Under the pieces are notes generated by a model. The model searched no databases. It was given only the letters and a program-made list of their open reading frames with translations, and was not told the DNA's origin. A DNA stretch of 64,000 nt from a virus. Shown here one piece after another: positions 56,984 through 64,000 of the stretch. Where the stretch lies: positions 1-64,000 of IMG/VR virus record IMGVR_UViG_3300037346_000623; one strand, given 5' to 3'. A program made the translations under genes and the position numbers. How positions within the stretch are numbered: the stretch's first letter is position 1; each line of letters opens with the position of its first letter.

Positions 56984-59476
56984 TTATTTATTTCTTGCAA
57001 ATTTGGGTATATTTAGCAAAGGTTTAGCGTTATCTATTATATGTGCTAGCTGGGAATCTCTAACGATATTCTGATTAAGGACAGTTGACTGATTATCTAT
57101 ATCTATCATATTTTTAAATAATCTTACGTTACTGATGTGTATAGGACCAGTAAAAATCTTATATGAATTATTATCCGTACCATAATATGGACTGAATTTA
57201 TCAGTAACCATATTGGAAGGTGCATTAAAAACTATATGATCAGTAAACATTCTTGAATCCTCGTGTAATTTAGACAATTTACTAGATTGATCAGGAGAAC
57301 TATTTGTAGGATCATAAGTTATTCCCCATATTATTGAAGATATCTGCTTATATACATTAGAGAAATTTATAACAACACCGTACCATTCATCTATGGAAGG
57401 TATAAACTGTAGGGTAGTATTTATAATTAGATCATTAAATCTAACAACCAGACTTCCTGTTTCTAGGAAAATATTTGTTAATTCATCAGTTACACCTGAA
57501 TGTATAATATCGGCTCTGAATCCCTTAATATCTCCATTCTGATCCTCATATAATCCACTTATTAAATTTCTAGATTGTGCCTTTTGCATTCTCCATGTAA
57601 CAGGGCCAACCGAGAAATTCTCAGATTTATTAATAATCTTAAATTTATATTCATCTATAATACTAGCAACCTGATATCCGCCACTATGCGGGAGATCACC
57701 CTTTATTGCTACGTATCCCTCAGGATTAGTTTGATAGGTATCCCAACTTTCAAGATTATGTTTCCTTGGATATGAATTAAAAATAATAAAATCATTATCG
57801 TATGATTCCAGAGATATGTTTATAACTGGATATGGTCTTTTCATCAGCTGCTGATTATTATAAAGATTCTTTATATTAAACCATGCTGTAAATGCTAACT
57901 CTTCACCTATACTAATTTTCGGAAGTAACTTATAGCGGATAGCCTCCCTGTATTGCTTGGTTGCGTATATAAAATCGGAGTCATCCACAAATGATCCATA
58001 GAGATCATAATAGTCATTAAATACTATAGTCCAGTTATTATTAAGATCATATCCTATTATTGATAAATCTTTATAAACATATGATCTTATAGGATCCTGT
58101 GACATCTGTGTTATTGTAGTTGCATACTGCTGGGGGTTTGTTATTTTAAGTTCCTCGCTTTGTACTTCTGCTCCAAATAAATCACTAGTTGTAAGACTTA
58201 TACCATCAAGCTCCTCCTTATGTGCTGGGTCTCTAAAGTAAGTATTACTTTTAGGATTATATTTTTTAAGCTCAATTTTAAAATAAACAGGAGCGTTCAT
58301 AAAATCTCTAAATAGATAGGTTGAGTTTATTTCATAGATTCTATTTGTTATTGGAAAGTATATAATATCTCTTTTTCTTGGTTGCGATCCCTTACCGAAT
58401 ATTGACTCGAAATATCTTTTATCAATTTGAACCTCAAAAGGATCATCATAATTTAATCCAAAAGGATCAAAATTTATTTTATTATCAGGAAATTGGTTCT
58501 GATTAACCATTAATTTTACGCATTTTTCAGAAACAACATTAAATAAGGTATATTCTCTAAGGACAACATCTCTACCTCTAGCCTGGGGTTGAACTGAATA
58601 ATAATTAGCATCAAGACCAAACATCTTATTAACCATTAAGCTAAGGTCCTGATATATGTTCAGTGCTTTATTAACAGCATAAGGCTTGAATGTAAACCCG
58701 CAATCAGAAAAAACAACAGGTCGATTAGAGGTTTCTGGCGAACATATGGGGGATGGTCTGCTTTGTATCTTTTCTGGTATTGAACCAAAATCAAGATCCA
58801 AATCAAAGCTAACTATAACAACAGATGGATCTATAGGTTCATTAGTATTATAAATTATACCTCCGTCCGGACCTATAAGAACTGACGTGAATCTAAACTC
58901 AGGATAGAATTTATTAGATGGATCCAAATCAATCGAAAAAACATCAGAGAAATTATTGGTTAGTCCATTAAGGGCCGTACCAACATTCGTCCATAGAGAC
59001 CACGTTTTTCCGTCTATACTATATCTAAAATCTATTGATATATCATTAGCATCCAGGATTGATCCATTATTATTCGAATAAACAGTATCAATTATCCATC
59101 CATTGAATTTAGTAGCATTCTCGAAAGGTTTATCCCATGTTAATACCCTATAATTACCTATATAGGTGAAGTTTAAGGCACTTTCGAGCTGCTCCATTCT
59201 TAAACCATAATATTCAGGGGTTTCGCATGGCATATACATTGTATTACCGCTGACCATAATTTCATGAAATCCCCAGCAGCCTAATTGTTTAGCTCTAGCT
59301 CTCGCACCATTTTCAGTACTAAATATATTATCGACCGATGATTCGAGTACTTTATCGGTATTTTCAAGTCCATCATGATAAGCATATCTAGGATCCGATA
59401 TATCGTATTGTTCACCCTCAGTATTATATACAGGTGTACCGTTTTTTGGAAATCTATTCTCTGGATAAAAGCTCAT
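56984..59476 (-). CDS. Neck protein (gp14-like core) with extra N- and C-terminal domains
   Basis: MFGLDANYY, FGL, F...FG....P...DIIYFP..NRIYEI core. N-terminal ARA..LGC.GFH...YMPC motif and a beta-rich C-terminus. Late motif at 59496-59503. Confidence 0.6.
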   Translation of the reverse strand: MSFYPENRFPKNGTPVYNTEGEQYDISDPRYAYHDGLENTDKVLESSVDNIFSTENGARARAKQLGCWGFHEIMVSGNTMYMPCETPEYYGLRMEQLESALNFTYIGNYRVLTWDKPFENATKFNGWIIDTVYSNNNGSILDANDISIDFRYSIDGKTWSLWTNVGTALNGLTNNFSDVFSIDLDPSNKFYPEFRFTSVLIGPDGGIIYNTNEPIDPSVVIVSFDLDLDFGSIPEKIQSRPSPICSPETSNRPVVFSDCGFTFKPYAVNKALNIYQDLSLMVNKMFGLDANYYSVQPQARGRDVVLREYTLFNVVSEKCVKLMVNQNQFPDNKINFDPFGLNYDDPFEVQIDKRYFESIFGKGSQPRKRDIIYFPITNRIYEINSTYLFRDFMNAPVYFKIELKKYNPKSNTYFRDPAHKEELDGISLTTSDLFGAEVQSEELKITNPQQYATTITQMSQDPIRSYVYKDLSIIGYDLNNNWTIVFNDYYDLYGSFVDDSDFIYATKQYREAIRYKLLPKISIGEELAFTAWFNIKNLYNNQQLMKRPYPVINISLESYDNDFIIFNSYPRKHNLESWDTYQTNPEGYVAIKGDLPHSGGYQVASIIDEYKFKIINKSENFSVGPVTWRMQKAQSRNLISGLYEDQNGDIKGFRADIIHSGVTDELTNIFLETGSLVVRFNDLIINTTLQFIPSIDEWYGVVINFSNVYKQISSIIWGITYDPTNSSPDQSSKLSKLHEDSRMFTDHIVFNAPSNMVTDKFSPYYGTDNNSYKIFTGPIHISNVRLFKNMIDIDNQSTVLNQNIVRDSQLAHIIDNAKPLLNIPKFARNK

Positions 59477-59524
59477 TTCTATTTATACTTTTTCTTATAT
59501 ATCAAAAAATCCTAGACTATAAAC

Positions 59525-59556
59525 AAAAAAAAAGGATCCAATAGGATCCTCTTTTT
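59525..59556 (-). terminator. Intrinsic terminator
   Basis: A-tract-aggatcc-aata-ggatcct-cT5. Confidence 0.8.
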
Positions 59557-59569
59557 AATATTACTAAAA

Positions 59570-59842
59570 TTAAGATTTGGTATAGATCCCGCTAACAAGA
59601 TCTAATTTACCATCGCCATGTTCTCCAACAACCTTAGCTTGTAGTTCTTCCTCCCTGATATTTATTCTGCTGGCCTCATTATAGAGATGCTCAAGCTCCT
59701 GCTCCATCATGGACAAATCTTTTTTATAAAAAGAAACCTGAACGTTTAACCTTCCTATTTTTACAACATTCTCAGTAAGTTCATCCTTCAATGTTTGAAC
59801 CTCTAATAATAGCTCATCGCTTAATTTAATTTCCTGACTCAT
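59570..59842 (-). CDS. Small coiled-coil hypothetical protein
   Basis: 90 aa, with its own GAAAC-N18-TATAA promoter (59857-59884) and terminator. Confidence 0.75.
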   Translation of the reverse strand: MSQEIKLSDELLLEVQTLKDELTENVVKIGRLNVQVSFYKKDLSMMEQELEHLYNEASRINIREEELQAKVVGEHGDGKLDLVSGIYTKS

Positions 59843-59886
59843 TTTAATTTTTTAATTTATACTAATAATAGTAATTATTGTTTCAT

Positions 59887-60177
59887 TTATATCCCGTTTT
59901 TTCTAGTAGGAAAAACCCCACCTATTATTGGCGCAATAAATTGAGAAACACTCTTATTTGAATTTCCTCCATCGAGTATATCGCTAAAATCCTTACCAAC
60001 CGGATTTGGATTAGAATAGAAATTACCAGAAGCTTTAACTTCCATTATTTCTATTGTATCTGTTTTTCTAACATAAGCATTACCAGTGCCAATAAAATAA
60101 AGCTGATCTCTAGTTTTGCTATCGCTTCCATCTATTATTCTATTCTCTATTGATAATATTCTATCGTCTATTGCCAT
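59887..60177 (-). CDS. Hypothetical protein
   Basis: 96-aa ORF in a late operon. Confidence 0.65.
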   Translation of the reverse strand: MAIDDRILSIENRIIDGSDSKTRDQLYFIGTGNAYVRKTDTIEIMEVKASGNFYSNPNPVGKDFSDILDGGNSNKSVSQFIAPIIGGVFPTRKNGI

Positions 60178-60191
60178 TTTTTTTTATTATT

Positions 60192-60938
60192 TTATAATAT
60201 TTCCCTTCTATTAGGCGGATTTGTATTTTTTGATATTACTTGTTTAACTCTAAGCCCAGCTTGCATAAGATTACCCCTAAATCTTTCAGTTGATAGGTCT
60301 TTATCAGGAAAATATGTTTCCAGTGCTACTGAGAAGTTAAATGTTATATATTCTTGAGATGCGTATGTAAATTCATACTGTTTGGTTAATTCATACGATT
60401 CTGGGAATCCAACCGTTACTGGTATTCGCATACCTTCAAATTCGAAGCTATAACTATAAGTTTTATAGAATGTTCTGATAACATTCTGATATATTTTAAA
60501 GGCATCAAGTAGTGTATCTATTTTCATAGCTATGCCAAATGACAAATTAAGAGGTATAGAATTAGTATGAGACGAAAGAGTTTTCATCTCCCCTTTAACG
60601 TCTTCAACTGCATAAGACATTCTAACATATTTATTAGTTAATGCCTGAGCATCTATATCTGAAGACTGATATGATACTATTCCTCTCGGCAATATATCAT
60701 AATTCCCTTCCGCATGAGGAAGATTGTCTATACAGTTCTCATATTCAACAAAAGAATCCATCAAGAATGATTCATCTCCAGTTAAGGAGAAAAAAAATGG
60801 AATATAAACCTCTATTTTTTCCTGCTGATCATTAACCTGAAAATATGTTACCTTCTCGTTTAGGGATCTAAGTAAACCTATTATAAGATTTCTTAGATAT
60901 ACATCATCCATATTAAATTTTTCTAAAAATCCCGACAT
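60192..60938 (-). CDS. Tail terminator/sheath stabilizer (gp15-like)
   Basis: YLRNLIIG, IP, LPR, P.NL.F....DAF.I.Q.....F, F...LETY.P layout typical of the gp15 family. Confidence 0.6.
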   Translation of the reverse strand: MSGFLEKFNMDDVYLRNLIIGLLRSLNEKVTYFQVNDQQEKIEVYIPFFFSLTGDESFLMDSFVEYENCIDNLPHAEGNYDILPRGIVSYQSSDIDAQALTNKYVRMSYAVEDVKGEMKTLSSHTNSIPLNLSFGIAMKIDTLLDAFKIYQNVIRTFYKTYSYSFEFEGMRIPVTVGFPESYELTKQYEFTYASQEYITFNFSVALETYFPDKDLSTERFRGNLMQAGLRVKQVISKNTNPPNRREIL

Positions 60939-60943
60939 AATTA

Positions 60944-61951
60944 TTAAGGTGTCACAGTGACAAAATTTATTTTTATTTTACTGGTCGAACCAGAAGTATT
61001 AGATGCAGTTAATATAACTGTATAATCACCAGCATAATTATAGGAAACCATTGGATTCTGTGCTGTACTTCCTGTTGGAGATGCAGAAGGTCCGAAAATC
61101 CAATTCCATCCAGTAGGAGCAAATTGCCATGGCGAATTTGGTGATGTATCCTTAAATGAAACGGTTGCACCAGTAGCTGTTATTAAATTATACGTAGCTC
61201 CAGTACCTGATGTGAAGTTGGTATAGGGTGGTGCTGGTATAGGACCCTTCCTGCTAATAACACCATCCGGTGTGGTATCAAAATCAGGATAACCCAATGG
61301 TATATCATCAAGTCTGCCTGGTGTTTTTTGTCTTATTACTGGAATTTCTGCATATCTTATCTGGAGTGGATAACCAGAATCATCGGAGTATTTAGGATGT
61401 TCAAAATACCCATTAAGATAATCGGATTCACTTATTGCAGTTATATTAGTATAATGTAATCTAAGCATCTCTGAACAATCTTTAACAGTCGATTGGCTTA
61501 GAGTTTTTATAACAACAAAAGATTTAACTGTGTTTCCTATTATATTTCTCTCTATATTTAGATTGTCATATATTATAAAAAAATAATTACTAGTTGAAAC
61601 CTTAGTAATTATAGGAATATTTCTACTGGAAACCGTAGTTGTTACGTATTCACGAGGTATATTATTTCTGGGTGCAAGTAAACCAACACCAAATATTCCC
61701 ATCTGTTTAATAGACGAAGGTAATACTTCCATATCTTCTATAGAAATAGAATCCAATCCATCAACCTTGTTCTTTGTACTTTTTATGAGTATACTTTCTT
61801 GGGCCTTTGATGGTGGTACTTCGAAACTAGTGACAGGAACACCAATTAGTTCAGGGATTTTATCCTTATTGCTCTTTATTAAAGCATTTTCCTGTTTAGG
61901 ACTTAGCTCTTTCGGATCCGAATTTATCCTTATTGATTGTCTAACTCTCAA
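60944..61951 (-). CDS. Virion-associated protein with C-terminal PKD domain
   Basis: VSFKDTS...WNWIFG...STAQNP...Y...GDYTVILTASN..GS. Late motif at 61968-61975. Confidence 0.75.
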   Translation of the reverse strand: MRVRQSIRINSDPKELSPKQENALIKSNKDKIPELIGVPVTSFEVPPSKAQESILIKSTKNKVDGLDSISIEDMEVLPSSIKQMGIFGVGLLAPRNNIPREYVTTTVSSRNIPIITKVSTSNYFFIIYDNLNIERNIIGNTVKSFVVIKTLSQSTVKDCSEMLRLHYTNITAISESDYLNGYFEHPKYSDDSGYPLQIRYAEIPVIRQKTPGRLDDIPLGYPDFDTTPDGVISRKGPIPAPPYTNFTSGTGATYNLITATGATVSFKDTSPNSPWQFAPTGWNWIFGPSASPTGSTAQNPMVSYNYAGDYTVILTASNTSGSTSKIKINFVTVTP

Positions 61952-61990
61952 TTTAGTTTTTTTATTCTATATATTCGATAGATCAACTTA

Positions 61991-63655
61991 TTAAAATTGA
62001 TCTATCGTCATAGAAGAGAAACTATTTGTTTTTTTTATATCTATTTTCCAATCAAAGATCTCATGGGGCATAGGAGCATGATTTATGACAAATATATTAA
62101 GACCCATTTCCCTCGAATTTTTTTGCAGTACCTTTAAGATAGAGGTAACACCATCAGGATCAACTGAACTAAATAACTCATCGAGAAATAGTAAATTTAT
62201 CGAACTGAATTTTAATTTCATTAATTTCATTATAGCAATAAGTACAACGAAATCAACCTTTTTCATTTCACCAGTACTTAGTGTTTGTACAGGTATTTCT
62301 ATACCCATTTGATATATTGATGCCTTAAATTCATCATCAAATATAATCTGATATTCCAAATGTAGTGATTCTAATAAATCCATTATTTCTGAATTCAGAG
62401 ATGGCAATATAGTTTTTATTGCCATCTGCTTAACCCCCTTCTCACTAAGAATTTCATCAAGGGTTTTAACCCATGCATTCTTTTCAGCAGATTTGAAAAC
62501 ATCATCCTTTATTCTATCTCTATCAATTTCCAGATTTCTTATTATATTTTCTAATGATTTTACCTGACCGTCATTTTTTTTATTATTGAGTAATTCTATA
62601 TCACGGAGAATATCCCTTATTCTCTGAGATATCTTATTGTTTTTTTCCTGGAGATCAACTTTTATAGTTTTCATCTCAGATTCCTTATTCTTAAGATTAC
62701 CTATAATTTCTTCAGAATCGTCTAATTTAGATTTTGATTCATCCAGCTCATTCTCCATCGATTCCTTTTTATGTAAATGAAATCCACCGCTAAGTGAACT
62801 TTCACATGTCGGGCAAAGATCAGATTCATATAACTTTAATCTACGGCTAAGAGAATCAACATTACCTCTTATTTCAAGAAGCTCCTTGGTTGACGTATAT
62901 AAAAGATCTGCTAATTTTGACTCATCTTCCTTAAACTTATTTATTTTATCAGTATGTAATTCCTGGAGCTTCAGAAAAGAATCAAGTGATTTATTAAGTT
63001 CAACCATCTCATTCTTTATATCCTCCTCCATTTGATTTAATAGAATGTCCATCTCCTCCACAGATCTGGAAATAGCAGACTCTGTTGTGGATAGACTACC
63101 TGAAAGGGTATCGAGTGATTCTTTTATTTTTTTAATCTCACCCTTTAATAATTCCCTCATTTGATTTAAAATATTAAAACCAAATATTTTATCAATAATC
63201 GCTCTTTTATCTTGTGGTGACATTTTTATAAAAGATTTGAAATCGTTTATAGATAGTGATATTGTATTGTTAAATACATAATACGGTATCCCTATAAGAT
63301 CATCAGCAAGGTAAGATTGAACATTACTATTTCCTGCCTGATCATATGGGATTCCATTTATGGATAGGGAGAAAACGGAGGGTTCAAGTCCTCTCTCAAT
63401 AGTAATTATTTTTCCATTATTTTCAAATTCTATTTTAACCCATGCATGTCCGTTTATTCTGTTAGGAATATCACTTAATTTCTTACCTTCAACCTTCCCA
63501 TATAAAGCAAACGCAATGACTTGCGATATAGTGGTCTTTCCTGCACCATTCTCTCCAACTATCTGAAAAAGACAAGCCTCATTTGGAAATTCTAAGGTCT
63601 GCAATCTATTTCCATATGATGAGAAATTTCTCCATTCAATTTTTAATATCTTCAT
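61991..63655 (-). CDS. gp46: Rad50/SbcC-like recombination ATPase (T4 gp46-like)
   Basis: NFSSYGN, GENGAGKTT, zinc hook CPTC, LSTGE, LFLDE, INH. Confidence 0.93.
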   Translation of the reverse strand: MKILKIEWRNFSSYGNRLQTLEFPNEACLFQIVGENGAGKTTISQVIAFALYGKVEGKKLSDIPNRINGHAWVKIEFENNGKIITIERGLEPSVFSLSINGIPYDQAGNSNVQSYLADDLIGIPYYVFNNTISLSINDFKSFIKMSPQDKRAIIDKIFGFNILNQMRELLKGEIKKIKESLDTLSGSLSTTESAISRSVEEMDILLNQMEEDIKNEMVELNKSLDSFLKLQELHTDKINKFKEDESKLADLLYTSTKELLEIRGNVDSLSRRLKLYESDLCPTCESSLSGGFHLHKKESMENELDESKSKLDDSEEIIGNLKNKESEMKTIKVDLQEKNNKISQRIRDILRDIELLNNKKNDGQVKSLENIIRNLEIDRDRIKDDVFKSAEKNAWVKTLDEILSEKGVKQMAIKTILPSLNSEIMDLLESLHLEYQIIFDDEFKASIYQMGIEIPVQTLSTGEMKKVDFVVLIAIMKLMKLKFSSINLLFLDELFSSVDPDGVTSILKVLQKNSREMGLNIFVINHAPMPHEIFDWKIDIKKTNSFSSMTIDQF

Positions 63656-64000
63656 TATAACCTTTTCTCTTGTTCTTGATTTATTACTATATTATGGAGC
63701 TTAAATAAGCTTGAAATTATTTTTTCTTTAGTTTCTTCGATAATATCCATAGATTCCACATAAGATCTTATAAAATCAAGAACATTGAATTGACCATTAC
63801 CCTCCGATTCGATCATCTGTTCAGTTAGTGTCGTACTTTTTTCGGGATCATATGGATGAAATTTAAGGAATCTCTGTGTCGTGATTGTATCAGTAAGCAT
63901 ACTGAGCGGAGCCTTTAGTGCCATCATAGGATCAATCATGATATCAACAAAATTATTTCTAAATTTAGGTTCAAGCTCATCTGGAGTTGATTCTAATATA
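63655..64000 (-). CDS. C-terminal part of a probable Mre11/SbcD-like nuclease (gp47-like), partial
   Basis: The frame stays open to the window end (ILESTPDELEPKFRNNFVDIMIDP...) and its stop overlaps the gp46 start. The call rests mostly on position. Confidence 0.55.
   Translation of the reverse strand, partial: ILESTPDELEPKFRNNFVDIMIDPMMALKAPLSMLTDTITTQRFLKFHPYDPEKSTTLTEQMIESEGNGQFNVLDFIRSYVESMDIIEETKEKIISSLFKLHNIVINQEQEKRL

Noticed and set aside
3452-63566. Many plus-strand ORFs in the track (e.g. 4636..5133, 14056..14736, 23505..24125, 25192..25989)
   Set aside because: They are antisense shadows of long minus-strand genes, with Ser/Leu/Phe-rich composition and no promoter or motif support. 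Only 9162..9887 is accepted.
1-64000. Alternative genetic code (TAG or TGA reassignment, as in Lak and some crAss-like phages)
   Set aside because: Core genes are full length in code 11, and TAG serves as the stop for several tightly packed genes (e.g. 17959, 27254, 54357).
1-64000. tRNA, rRNA or large ncRNA genes
   Set aside because: Intergenic gaps are short and are explained by promoters and terminators. No cloverleaf-like sequence was noticed.

Overview
AT-rich, densely coded 64 kb segment of a large T4-like (jumbo-type) myovirus genome in the standard genetic code. Almost every gene is on the minus strand. It holds most of the virion module: major capsid, protease-scaffold fusion, two tandem portals, terminase, neck, tail terminator, sheath, two tandem tail tubes, baseplate and tape-measure-like genes. 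These are interleaved with replication, repair and nucleotide genes (ligase, clamp loader, RNase H-like nuclease, gp46/47, kinases, dCMP deaminase, Nudix, AsnB-like) and two phage sigma factors. TAnnTTTG promoters and A-rich leaders without Shine-Dalgarno sites suggest a Bacteroidota host (inference). The main signals are: (1) a readable three-tier sigma cascade, from host-type TAnnTTTG to an ECF-like sigma with GAAAY-N17-19-TAHAA promoters, then a minimal gp55-like sigma with RATATATA promoters; (2) two candidate recoding sites; (3) a family of putative capsid-packaged proteins, including a nucleotidyltransferase gated by a hairpin with a promoter in its loop; (4) recurrent G-A-T-G/T-G-x-T motifs in virion proteins; (5) repeated tandem duplication of structural genes. 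All family calls come from motif recognition by eye, not database searches.
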